Shown: positions 52,715 to 64,000 of the stretch, one piece after another
Layout: the number at the start of each line of letters is the position of its first letter
Position numbering within the stretch: position 1 is the first letter of the stretch
NCBI GenBank assembly: GCA_038087875.1
Contig: CM075989.1
Location: 23,066,001-23,130,000 of the forward strand
Direction: 5' to 3'
Source of the DNA: Malacoraja senta
Taxonomy: Eukaryota
Length of the DNA stretch: 64,000 nucleotides
Made by a program: the position numbers and the translations under genes
Notes under the pieces: model-generated
Databases searched by the model: none
The model's input: the letters and a program-made list of their open reading frames with translations, nothing else
What the model was told of the DNA's origin: nothing

Positions 52715-53180
52715 GGGACAGCACAATGGCGCAGCGGTAGAGTTCCTGCCTCATAGCGCCAGAGACCCAGGTTCGATCCTGACTAGGGGTGCTGTCTGTA
52801 TGGAGTTTGCACGTCCTCCCTGTAACCGCGCGGGTTCTCTCCAGGTTTTCCGGTTTCCTCCCACATCCCAAATCCCAAAGACGGATTTGTCCGTTAATTG
52901 GCTTTGGTAAAACTTGTAACTTGTAAAGGGGCTAGTGGACTCAAGGGATATGGGGAAAAGGCAGGCACGGGTTATTGATTGGGGACGATCAGCCATGATC
53001 ACAATCAATGGCGGTGCTGGCTCGAAAGGGCCTCCTGCACCTAGTTTCTATGTTTCTATGTTTCTATGTCCCGAGTGTGTAGGATGGTGTTAGTGTGCGG
53101 GGATCGCTGGTCGACACGGACTTGTTGGCTGAAGGGTCTGTTTCCACGTTGTATCTCTAAACTAAACTAAACTAAACTAA
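52715..53180 (+). mobile_element. tRNA-derived SINE (HE1/V-SINE-like) with a nested CR1-like 3' end
   Basis: Box A TGGCGCAGCGG at 52727, box B GGTTCGATCC at 52770, V-domain-like TGTATGGAGTTTGCACG...TTTCCTCCCAC, (ACTAA)n tail. Confidence 0.8.
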
Positions 53181-53357
53181 TTGTTCAGTCTGGGTTGTAA
53201 ATAATCATTGCGAATTTGTTCTGTTCATGGGCTGGATGTGTGCCATCTCACACACACACTTACAGATTTATTTCAGCACTCCTTGGGAGTTTTCATGTTA
53301 CACTCGTGCACTCCTAGACAATTCAATAGTTTCACAGCCACCTCTGAGCAACTCTCA

Positions 53358-53679
53358 AAGGTAGACACAAAGTGCTGGAGTAATTCAGCCGGTCAGGCAG
53401 CGCCTCCAGAGAAAAAGGATAGGTAATGTTTCAGGTCAGGACCCTTCTTCAGTCTTATTATTCCAGGTGAGTTTGAGGGTAGGGTGGAAGTTAATGGTGG
53501 AGTTAATAAAGGCTAATGCAGGAGATAGCCCCGATGCAGTCATCAATGTAGCGGAGAAAGAGTTGGGAGATAGGGCGAGAGTACACCTGGAATAAGGACT
53601 GTTCGACGTACCAGACAAAAAGGCTGGTATAACTGGGGCCCATGTGAGCTCCCATGGCTACACCTTTAATTTGGAGTAA
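53358..53679 (-). mobile_element. Penelope-like element fragment: RT remnant joined to the hammerhead-bearing terminal repeat
   Basis: Minus-strand translation of about 53679-53520: LQIKGVAMGAHMGPSYTSLFVWYVEQSLF...LFLRYIDDCIG, then after a frameshift FINSTINFHPTLKLTW. These are PLE-type RT motifs, followed directly by the abundant repeat at 53358-53453. Confidence 0.85.
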
Positions 53680-53696
53680 CCATCATTTCAATTTTT

Positions 53697-54005
53697 TTAG
53701 TTTAGTTTAGAGATACAGAGAGGCAACAGGTCGTTCAGCACCAAGTCCACAATGACCAGCGATTCCTGCACATTAACAGTATCCAGCACACACTAGGGCC
53801 AATTGTTACATTTATACCAAGCCGATTAAACCTACAAGCGTGTATGTCTTTGGAGTGTGGGAGGAAATTGAAGATCTCGGAGAAAACCCATGCGGTCAGG
53901 GGGAGAACGTACAAACTCCGTACAGGCAGCACCCCGTGGTCGGGATCGAACCCGGGTCTCTGGTGCTGCAAGGCAGCAACTCTACCGCTGCGACATCGTG
54001 ACGCC
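53697..54005 (-). mobile_element. tRNA-derived SINE (HE1-like)
   Basis: Reverse copy with A/B boxes and (TTTAG)n tail. Confidence 0.8.
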
Positions 54006-54759
54006 CGCGGTTTCCTTCCCGAGTCCTTTCAAACATTGCAGTTAGCAGAGAGTGATGATCAGCGGTTGGGTGGAGATACACACTGTGCTCCACAGCAATT
54101 AGTTTTAAGCAGCTAAACATACAGCTGTTCGTTTTAGTGCCGGCAGGTAAGCTTAAACCTTGTAAACATGGAATAGCCCCAAAACCATTGGCTTAAAACC
54201 AGATTAACAAGCAGGCACATCTAATTAGAGCAGCACCCAACTAGCATCTGTTTGCAATCTTTCACCACAATAACCCCAATGGGATTAGACAAATATTGCT
54301 AAGTGACACTAAAATAGATGGTAGCATAGACTGTGGAGATAGTTATCAAGAATTACTAAAGGTACACACCACTGCCCCGATCAACTCAGCAAGTGGGCTG
54401 AGGAGTGGCAGATGGAGTTTAATTCAGATACGTGTAAGGCGTTGCACTTTGAGAAATCGAACCAGTGTAGGATCTCCACGGTGAATGGTAGGGTACTGGT
54501 AGTGTAGAGCAGAAGGATCTAGGAGCGTAGGTACTGTGGTGGCCTATGACAGGGGCAGGGACCACCCACATCAGTACTCAGATCCACAGATAGCAAATCA
54601 GTGAACAACAAGAATTGAATGTGGACTGCAGATGCTGGTTTATACCAAAGATAGACAATGGAGTAACTCAGTGTGTCAGGAAGCATCTCTGGAGAAAAAG
54701 GATGGGGTAACATTTTGGGTCAGAACCCTTTCTTTCTTGTGCACCTTTTTAGTTCCGTT

Positions 54760-55048
54760 TTTAGTTTAGAGATATGGTGTGGAAGCAGGCCATTCGGCCC
54801 ACTGAGTCCACACTGACCAGTGATCCCCATACACTATCCTATACAATATCAACAATTTACAATCTTTACCAAAGCCAATTAACCCTCAAACCTGTACATC
54901 TTTGGAGTGTGGGAGGAAAGCGGAGCACCCGGAGAAAGCCCACGCAGGTCACGGGGAGAACGTACAAACTCCATACAGACAGCACCCGTAGTGAGGATCG
55001 AACGTGGGTCTCTGGCGCTGTGAGGCAGCAACTCTACCGCTGTGCCAG
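54760..55048 (-). mobile_element. tRNA-derived SINE (HE1-like)
   Basis: Same family as 52715. Confidence 0.8.
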
Positions 55049-56064
55049 ATGTGCAAGCAAAGATGTACATCTAATGCTGTGACATTCACTGCAGTCTGGT
55101 TTACGTAGTCAGTTCAAACTACAATAAACCTTGTCCTTTGAATTGACTTGCTCTTCGTTTGACATCCGTGCCACCCATCTTTCATAAGAAATGATTAGAT
55201 GTGTTCATGTAGAGACAAAACTATGACGTGAATAGGTCACATCCAACCTCTCAGCTGCAGATAAAGGTGAGTCATGAGATATTGCCAGATGTATCAGCGA
55301 TGACTCAGTGACAAGCATAGTTAGTCAGGAGTCTGTAGGTTCAAGTCTCAAACACAAGTTCACAAGTTATAGGAGTAGAATTAAGCCATTCGGCCCATCA
55401 ACTCTACTCCGCCATTAAATCATGGCTGATCTCTGCCACCTAATCCCATTTTCCTGCCTTCTCCCCATAACCTTTGGCTCCCATTCTAATCCAGAACTTG
55501 TCTATCTCTGCCTTTAAAATATCCACTGATTTGGCCTCCACAGCCCTCTAGATCTAGGCTGGGCATTGTGTAGGATGCTGGGGGGGGGTTTTAGACAACC
55601 GATATATTCTGCCCCCATTTGAAGAATAGAAGAGGAATCGACCATGCAGCAAATAGCAAAACGCCGCAGATGCAGAAAATCTGAAAAGTCATCTTTTTTA
55701 TTCATTCAGAGCCAGGGGGTTTTGTAGGCTGAGCCAGCATTTAGTCTGGCATTTAATTGTTTATGAAGAAGGGTCTCGACCCGAAACGTCACTCATTCCT
55801 TCTCTCCAGAGATGCTGCCTGTCCCGCCGAGTTACTCAAGCTTTTTGTGTCTATCTACCGTTCCTTATTCAACAGTTTCAGGTGCCCTGGTGATATGTTG
55901 CCAAGAAAAGATGGTGTGTTACTTGGAAGACAACTCCAGGTGGAGGTGTTGAGATCCTTAGGCCTATTGCGTCTGTGTTGACCATCGACCACCCATTTAC
56001 ACTGATGCTACCTTAATCCCATTATTCTCCATGCATTCCCGTCAACTTTCTACCTCCCATCCCC

Positions 56065-56235
56065 CAGTCATTTACACGGGGTGACGCCTGTATGATGGTG
56101 AGTAGTCGCCCAAAGAGTCGTACCATTTTCTGGTCGCCACTGGATTTTCAACATGTTGAAAATTTTCGCCCTCCTGCTGCGACTATGACGGGTGCTGGCA
56201 GTCGCCGAAAAAATCGCATAAGTGGGACAGGCCCT
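56065..56235. mobile_element. Truncated Harbinger-type MITE (one end only)
   Basis: Ends AAGTGGGACAGGCCCT like the 29458 element; internal palindrome TTTCAACATGTTGAAA. Confidence 0.65.
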
Positions 56236-56524
56236 TGAGGATGATTCACAATGGCCAATCAAGCTACCAACCCACATGCCTTTGGGATGTGGAAGGAAAC
56301 TGGATTGCCAAGTAGTCACAGCGAAAACATGCAAACTCCACACACACAGCACCAGAGGTCAGGACTGAGCATGGATCTATGTCACGGCGAGGCAGCAGCC
56401 CTGCTGATGGTTTTATAGTTTAGCTTATTGTCACATGTACTGAGGTGCAGTGAAAAGCCATTGGTGGCAAGAAATTAGTAAAAGTATCGGATATTGTTCT
56501 TAGATTTTAATTTAGTTAATTATT

Positions 56525-56820
56525 ATAGAAACATGGAAACATAGAAAATAGGTGCAGGAGGCCATTCGGCCCTTCAAGCCAGCACCGCCATTCATTGCAA
56601 TCATGGCTGATCGTCCCCAATCAATAACCCATGCCTGACTTCTCCCCATATCCCTTGACTCCACTAGCCCCTAGAGCTCTATCTAACTCTCTCTTAAATC
56701 CATCCAGTGACTTGGCCTCCATTGCCCTCTGTGGCAGGGAATTCCACAAATTCACAACTCTCTGGGTGAAAAAGTTTTTTCTCACCTCAGTCTTAAATGG
56801 CCTCCCCTTTATTCTAAGAA
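56525..56820 (-). mobile_element. CR1-like LINE 3' end (similar copies near 46005-46310, 47325-47530, 55355-55548, 57472-57730 and 59605-59762)
   Basis: Shared GGCCATTCGGCCC...CCGCCATTCA..ATCATGGCTGATC end with short tandem tails. Confidence 0.75.
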
Positions 56821-57764
56821 TATTGTCACATGTACCGACATACTGTGAAAAGCTATTATGCTGCTCGTTATCCAGCTATCATATATTGCTGCACCTTTCA
56901 CAAGCACACTAATGCATCAACACAACAAATAAATATAAAATGTACATTAGCATAATAAATTATCAATAGTTTAGTTTATTGGCATGTTTACTGAGGTACG
57001 ATGAAAAGCTTGTTTGCTGCATGCTATCCAGTCAGCGAAAAGGCTATACATAATACAATAAAGCTGTTCACAGTGTACAGATATGGGACAAATGGAATAA
57101 AGTCCAGTAAAGTCCGATTAAAGATAGTCAAAGGATCTCCAATAAGGTAGATAAGAGGTCAAGACCACTCTGAGGAACACTAGTCTGATCTTCATTGGTA
57201 TCAACTCAATGGTTGCTCTCATCCCAGCCCAGTAAGTTGTTTTGCAGTTTGTGGGCACTCCTAGTTCATTTAATAAGGCCTTCAGCCAAGTTAAAAATAA
57301 ACTGAATACATTTTGTGGTTGTAAATTCTCTGGTTAAGATATGTTACATCTCACATTCCACTTGATGTTGTTACCGGTACTGAATATTGATGGGTTTGTA
57401 CTTCCAGCAGCCACTGTGTGTACTCCACTTAAACATCGATAAGCCCAAAGGCAAATGTCTCCCCCTTATAAATTCATGTTCCAGGAGCAGAATTAGGCCA
57501 TTCGGCCCGTCATGTCTACTCCGCCATTCAATCATGGCTGATCTATCTTTCCCTCTCAACCCCATTCTCCTGCCTTCTCCCCGTAACCCCCGACACCCTT
57601 ATTAATCAAGAATCTGACAATCTCCGCCTTAAAAATACCCAATGACCTGACCCCCACCGGCGTCTGTGGCAGTGAATTCTACAGATTCACTACCTCTGAC
57701 TAAAGAAATTCCTCCTCAACTCCTTTCTAATAGTGCATTCTTTAATATTATTCCATACCTTTTA

Positions 57765-57927
57765 TTTCTGTGGAGTGTGGGAGAAACCCGAAGATCTCAG
57801 CGAAAACCCACACTGGTCAAGGGGAGAACGTACAAACTTCATTCAGACAGCACCCAAAGTCAGGATTGAACCCGTGTCTCTGGCGCTGTAAGGCAGCAAC
57901 TCTACCACTGCGACACCGTGCCGCCCT
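57765..57927 (-). mobile_element. tRNA-derived SINE 5' half
   Basis: Same family. Confidence 0.7.
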
Positions 57928-58597
57928 GTTGTGAGAAGAGGAATGCTTGGTGGAGATGGAAGTGTGGACCTTTCCGACGGCTAAAATGTCAGGTGGTCTG
58001 CTTTCTCTTGTCTGCATCAGAACTAATTCTGTCTTAAGGTTATTCATCTGAGATATTAACAATTTCTTTCAGACACTGCCTGATGTGTTGGCTATTTCCC
58101 GCATTCCACTTTTGGTTTCCTTTCTCCACAGCCACTCATTAATCCATCAACCCTAACAACCAAACACTTCATAAACAACTTACCATCACCACAACTCTTA
58201 CCTCTTGCTATCAGCAACATCCCGTTTTCCAGTACACCCTTCCCCACCCTCACCGTGACTTACAGCTAATTTGTTACCACACTCTTCCATTTCCAATGAA
58301 GGGACTTTGACCTGAAATGTGAGCTTTGATTCTCCTTCTGTATCTACTGAGTGGTTCTAGCTTGTATGTTTTAGGCTTCCAGCATATGTGGTTGTATGAC
58401 TTGTCACAATGTTTGCAGTTGGGTTCTTGCAGACTTGTGCCATACTTGCTTCTGTTGCCTCCATAGTGGTCATTGGGAGGTCATGTTCATAAGTTCATAA
58501 GATATAGGAGTAGAATTAAACCATTCAGCCCATCAAGTCTACTTCATCAATCATGGCTGATCCATCTCTCCGTATCAACCCCAATCTCCTCCCATCT

Positions 58598-59072
58598 CCA
58601 CATGCTGCAGTTATATAAGTCAATAGTGAGGCCACGTTTACACTATTGTGTTCAGTTTTGGCCATCATGTTGTAGGAAAGATATTGTCAAGCCGGAAAGG
58701 GTGCAGAGAAGATATACCAGGATGTTGCCTGGACTCGAGGACCTGAGCTATATGGAGAGGTTGAGCAGGCTAGGAATTTATTCCTTGGGATGCAGGAGGA
58801 TGAGGGGTGATCTTACAGAGCCGTACAAAATCATGAGAGGAATAGATCGGGTGAGTCGTTTGCCCAAAGTAGGGGAATTGAAAACCAGAACCAGAATGCA
58901 TAGGTTTAAGGTGAGGGGTGAGGGGAGGGGGGGGGGGGGGGGATTTAATAGGAACCTGAAGGATAACTTTTTTTACACAAAGGGTGGTAGGTGTATGGAA
59001 CAAACTGTCAGAGGCGATAGTTGAGGCAGGTATAATCACAAAGTTTAAGAAACATTCAGAGAGGTACATGGA
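58598..59072 (+). mobile_element. CR1 (HER1-like) LINE 3' fragment
   Basis: LYKSIVRPRLHYCVQFW...ERVQRRYTRMLPGLEDLSYMERLSRLG...RRMRGDL, the CR1 ORF2 C-terminus. Confidence 0.9.
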
Positions 59073-60552
59073 TTGGAAAAGTCGCCAATTCCTTCTCTCC
59101 ATAAATGCTGCCTCACCCGCTGAGTTTCTCCAGCATTTTTTTTTGTCTACCTACTGTTTGTTTCCTCTCCTTTTCATCTCGCCCGTCTCAGGAGGATATC
59201 TCAGTCAGCAAAACAGTGGAAAATAACAAGATTTCTTTGGGGATTTTTTTTCAGCTGTGTTTTTTACACGGCAGGGATCGTACATTAGCCGCCCTCCCAC
59301 CATTATCAACAACTCTCTCCCACCACCTTGTCCTCATCTCTCTTCCCTTCTCTCCCTCACCTTCACTGCCAGCCAATGACAACGACCCAACTGCACAATT
59401 GGACCATTCTCCCAGGAGAGTTGCAGTAGTGTCCACTTGGCCTTCAAATGTCACACAAATGCTACTTACACATAACCTGAGACTCTGGTCTGATTGAAAC
59501 AAAGGCTAAAGTCCAAATGCTCTCAAGCTTCAAGCCTAGTTCTCCTGGAGCAAAGTCACCCATTCAACCCAGGTCCCAACCTGAAATGTCACCCATCCAT
59601 TTTGCAGACAATAGACAATAGGTCCAGGAGTAGGCCATTCGGCCCTTCGAGCCAGCACCGCCATTCACTGTGATCATGGCTGATCATCCACAATCAGTAC
59701 CCCGTTCCTGCCTTCTCCCCATATCCCTTGACTGCTCTATCTTTAAGAGCTCCATCTAACTCATTTTCTCCAGAGATGCTGCCTGACCTGCAGGAGTTAC
59801 TCCAATACTTTGTGTCTATCTTTAGCCATTCAGCCCCTATACTCCAGCACTTTACAATTTACATTGGAACATGGCAACAATATCTGTATAGCCTCTGTAT
59901 GTAGAAGTGCTCAAAACCATGATACAGACCAAGAGGGTAGTTCCCAATCCCAGTGGGACCACAGGAGGTTGGCAGAAGATGGTTTCCAACAGGAACAAGA
60001 ATCCTTGGTGATGATCCAAGAACAGTGCAAAACATTTTATCTCACAAGAAGAAACACCGTCAGGACAACAAGCCTTTATGACCAGCTGCAGCTTGGACTT
60101 GGAAAATGGTGCCAAAACCTGGCGACTCTTGGATATGGTCTCAGTGGGCTATTCCTGTACACTTTGTACTTAATCTGGGATCGTGCTCAGGCATAGTAAT
60201 AACTTACTGAAATGTGTGCAAAAAAATAGAATGTCACTGTACCTTGGTACATGTGATAATAAAGAACTATTGAATCAGGCTTGAGGTATGTGATCCTATT
60301 CAATTGGTTGTTATTTTTGTTTCACTGAAATATCATAATACTTTAAGATGGCCTATTTGTTTGATTTGCAATAAAATCAATTTCTACATGGGTGCTGTGA
60401 CCTTATTTGAGCAGTGATTTACACAGCAATAACTTAAATTAACCAGCTGAAAGTGTTGAAATCTATGCAGCTCTAAATGTCAGCTGAACGACACAAACAA
60501 ATGTACAATGATAGGCAGAAGGTTGGGAAAGCAAACCGGGATCAGTTTATAG

Positions 60553-61008
60553 AGTCATAGAGACTTACAGCGAGGAAACAGGTCCTTTGGCCCAGCTAGC
60601 CCACAAGTTGTGAATGGCCCCTAGTGTGTTGGATGTGAATAGTGGGATAACAGAGAACTATGGTGATCGATGGTGATCAACGTGTCCCATCTACATTAGT
60701 CCCACCTGCCTGCATTTGGCCCATACCCCTCTAAACCTGTCCTATCCATGTACTTGTCCAGATATTTCTTAATCATTGCGATAGTCCCATCCTCAACTAC
60801 CTCCTCTGGCAGCTCGTTCCATACACCCACCATCCTTTGTGTGAAAACGTTACCCCTTAGGTTCCTATTAATTCTTTCCCCCCTCATCTTAAACATATGT
60901 CCTCTGGTTCTCGAATCCCCTACTCTGGGCAAGAGACTCTGTGAGTCTACCCGATCTATTCCTCTCATGATTTTGTGCACCTCTATAAGATCATACCTCA
61001 TCCTCCTG
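60553..61008 (-). mobile_element. CR1-like LINE 3' fragment
   Basis: RRMRYDLIEVHKIMRGIDRV...FTQRMVGVWNELPEEVVE. Confidence 0.88.
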
Positions 61009-61634
61009 CGGAATAGAGTCCGAGGCTTTTTAGTGAACCAGTTGGTTGTTGTACGACAAAATGACAGATTGAAATATGCGTATCTTGGCAACTAGCAAGA
61101 TTATTGACAACAGCCTGAACAGACTTGGACTATCAGTCTCTGAATTGTAAATGAAATTCCTAAACTGTCAAGATATGCGGGCAGCAATAGGCAATAGTTG
61201 ATTAGTGTCCGGTTTTGCCATTAACTTGAGAGCTGAGTATATTTGTTTGTAACTGTTTGCAAATTCTAACAGAGTAGATTTAGTTTAGCTTAGAGATGGA
61301 ACAGTCTCTTCGGCCCACTGAGTCCGCACCCACCTATACACGTTCCATCCTATAGAGCCATGGAGTTGTACAGCGGGCCCACAATAACCAACATACCCGA
61401 TCTACTCTAGTCTCACGCCTTCATTTGGCCCATATCCCTCTAAACCTGTCCTATCCATGTACCTGCCATGTCCCTGTCTAAATGCTTTTTAAATGTGATA
61501 GTGCCTGCTAATATCTGTCCATCCTATACACTGGGGACAATTTACAGAGGCCAATTAACCTACAAACCAGCACGTCTTTGGAGTGTGGGAGGAAACTGGA
61601 GCACCAGGAGAAAACCCACGCAGGTCATGGGGAG

Positions 61635-61871
61635 GTAGACACAAAATGCTGGAGTAACTCAGCGGGTGAAGCAGCATCATTGGAGAGAAGGAATGGGCGA
61701 CGTTTCGGGACGAGACCCTCCTTTAGTCTTCAGACTGCTTCAGTCTGAAGAAGGGTCTCAACCCGAAACGTCGCCCATTCCTTCTCTCCAGAGATGCTTC
61801 CTCACCCGCTGAGTTACTCCAGCATTTTGTGTCTACCTTCCACTTAAACCAGCATCCGCAGTTCTTTCTTA
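61635..61871. mobile_element. Palindromic PLE-derived insertion nested in a tRNA-derived SINE
   Basis: Inverted arms; host SINE duplicated at 61617-61634 and 61872-61889, with two CpG-type transitions. Confidence 0.8.
61745..61772 (+). ncRNA. Hammerhead ribozyme core motif
   Basis: CTGAAGAAGGGTCTCAACCCGAAACGTC (one stem II mismatch). Confidence 0.55.
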
Positions 61872-62481
61872 CACACAGGTCACGGGGAGAACGTACAAAC
61901 TCCATACAAACAGCACCCATAGTCAGGATTGAACCTGTGTCTCTGGCGCTGTGAGGCGACAACTCTACCGCTGCGCCATCGTGATGTGTTGTTTACACAG
62001 TTAATCAAGATGTGCAAATGTGTTGTGGTGATGGACTAATTGGTTAATTGGCCTCTGTGATTTGCCCCCAGTGTGTAGGATGTGAAAGGAGAATTACACA
62101 GAGAACTAGTGTACGGGTGATCAATGGCTGACATGGACCCGGTGGGCTGAGGGACCTTCTTCCACGCTGTATCTCTAAATAAAAGTAGCCAGAATGTTAC
62201 AGGGGTTGAAAAATATAATGGAATATCCTGACTGCGATCGCTGTCTGATCCACTGCATATTTAGTTACTCTCATTGATATATTCACATGGAAGGTATGCC
62301 ATTGGAAAGATAACAACTCAAACATGTGATGCATATCCTGACCGATGGAATTAGGACATATATAGTCCAAGAAATAGAACACCATCCCATTTTCCTGGCT
62401 TCCTCAGACTCGTGCAATAAGGAATTTTCCAGGTGTTTTTTTTTAGCCTGATTTAGAAATCTTACAAGATATAAATCGGAG

Positions 62482-62687
62482 ATAGATACAAAAAGCTGAA
62501 GTAACTCAGCTGGTCAGACAGCAACTCTGGAGAAAAGGAATAGGTGACGTTTCAGGTCTGAAGAAGGGTCTCGACCCGAAACGTCACCTATTCCTTCTCT
62601 CCAGCAATGCTGTCTGACCCGCCGAGTTACTCCAGCTTTTTATGTCTAACTTTGGTTTTAACCAGCATCTGCAATTCCTTCCTGCAC
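62482..62687. mobile_element. Palindromic PLE-derived insertion
   Basis: Inverted arms; TSD ATATAAATC(G/A)GAG at 62469-62481 and 62688-62700. Confidence 0.8.
62554..62589 (+). ncRNA. Minimal type-I hammerhead ribozyme motif in the PLE-derived repeat
   Basis: AGGT-CTGAAGA-A-GGGTC(TC)GACCC-GAA-ACGT-C-ACCT: core, stem II, palindromic stem III, GUC site and 4-bp stem I. Activity untested. Confidence 0.65.
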
Positions 62688-62994
62688 ATATAAATCAGAG
62701 TGTTGGCTCAGCGATGATCCACTTGTCTCTGAGTTAGATGGTTGTTTCTTCAAATTCGTGGAAAGGTCTTGAGTCTAAAATCGATGCCAATACACTGGAG
62801 GAATAGCGTGGCAGCACTGCACAGCCTAAAGCTGCCATATATTTGACAGGACATTAAACTAGACATCTATCTAATCTCACAGTTTCTGCACAAAGATCCC
62901 ATGGAAACCATGGGCTGAGAGCAGTCTTCCTTCCCCAGTAGAGCTGATTATGCTCAGGACAGAAAATAGCTGAGAATAAAAAAAAGACATTTTA

Positions 62995-63205
62995 ATTTAG
63001 TCTAGAGATATATGTGGAAACAGGCCCTTTGGCCCACCAAGTCCACGCCGACCAGCGATCACCCATACACTAGTTCTGCCCTACACACTAGGGACAATTT
63101 TCAGAAGAGTGGAGGGAGGAAACCGGAGCACCCGGAGGAAACCCACGCTGCCACAGGGGGAACGTACAAACTTCGTGCAGACAGCACCCGTAGTCAGGAT
63201 TCGTA
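62995..63205 (-). mobile_element. tRNA-derived SINE fragment
   Basis: Same family. Confidence 0.7.
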
Positions 63206-63769
63206 CCCATTCCTACCAATGCTTTAGCTGTGAACGCGGTTTAAATATACAAATCAACTAAAAGCTAAACTGCAGAGCCAACAGTAAATTCTTTGGATGA
63301 ATTTCTCTCATTAGTAACAGTGGTGTGGAATAAGTAGAGGCAGAACATTAAAAATGCACAGGGTTCTTGAGATCTTTTTATTGATCTATTTTTATTATGA
63401 TAATCGCTGCTAGTTTTAAATCATATTGGAATGACTTGAGATTGTACAAGGTTCTTTGTAAAATAAATAGCTATCTATTGTTCTGAGAAAAGGCCTGGAA
63501 CAAATCCCGATTGAAAATAGCTCTCAGTTTCAGTGTGTTTTACGTGGTTTCCCAGCTCCTTGGGGTGAAGGGTGTTATACCAGATTCAATGCTAAATAGT
63601 TGTGGTCTCTGTGAGCCTGAGTCCAAGCCGTAGGGAGGTGGTGTTGCTCTATCCTCCTATGTGTCAAGATCTGTTTCTGTCAACACTGTCCCTGGAATGG
63701 CCTCACAGTGACAGTACCTTTACCCTCCAGAACAGACCCCCTCCTCCATCCTGACCCTGTATCACCTCT

Positions 63770-64000
63770 GTAGGAAGGAACCGCAGATGCCGGTTAACAA
63801 CGAAGATAGACACAAAATGCTGGAGGAACTCAGCGGGACAGGCAGCATCTCTGGAGAGAAGGAATGGGTGACGTTTTAGGTCGAGACCCTTCCTCAGATT
63901 AGTCAGGGGTCTGACTAGTCTGACGAGTCTGAAGAAGGGTCTCGACCCGAAACGTCACCCATTCCTTCTCTCCAGAGATGCTGCCTGTCCTGCTGAGCTA
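63770..64000. mobile_element. Palindromic PLE-derived insertion (runs off the window)
   Basis: Minus and plus copies of the repeat back to back. Confidence 0.75.
63929..63956 (+). ncRNA. Hammerhead ribozyme core motif
   Basis: CTGAAGAAGGGTCTCGACCCGAAACGTC. Confidence 0.6.

Noticed and set aside
52715..52790. tRNA gene
   Set aside because: A/B boxes belong to a SINE head that continues into the SINE body; no complete cloverleaf.

Overview
Eukaryotic, repeat-rich vertebrate DNA. The repeat families (HE1/V-SINE-like, CR1/HER1-like) point to a cartilaginous fish, probably a skate or ray (inference). One host gene is visible: the first six coding exons of an ELL-family RNA polymerase II elongation factor on the minus strand (ATG at 44466, exon 6 ending at 12311, 875 coding nt, all GT-AG). 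Exon 7 onward was not identified. Downstream of exon 6 lies an apparently intact, antisense, full-length L1 (4636-10912) with ORF1, ORF2, polyA, a perfect 16-bp TSD and a long, structured inter-ORF spacer. The most notable pattern is that the commonest short repeat (about 25 copies) carries a minimal type-I hammerhead ribozyme core (CTGAAGA-A-GGGTC..GACCC-GAAACGTC). This repeat adjoins Penelope-like RT and GIY-YIG remnants and occurs as TSD-flanked palindromic insertions and as a tandem array. Also present: Harbinger-type MITEs, truncated L1s of other subfamilies nested at one site, and minisatellites on both sides of ELL exon 1.
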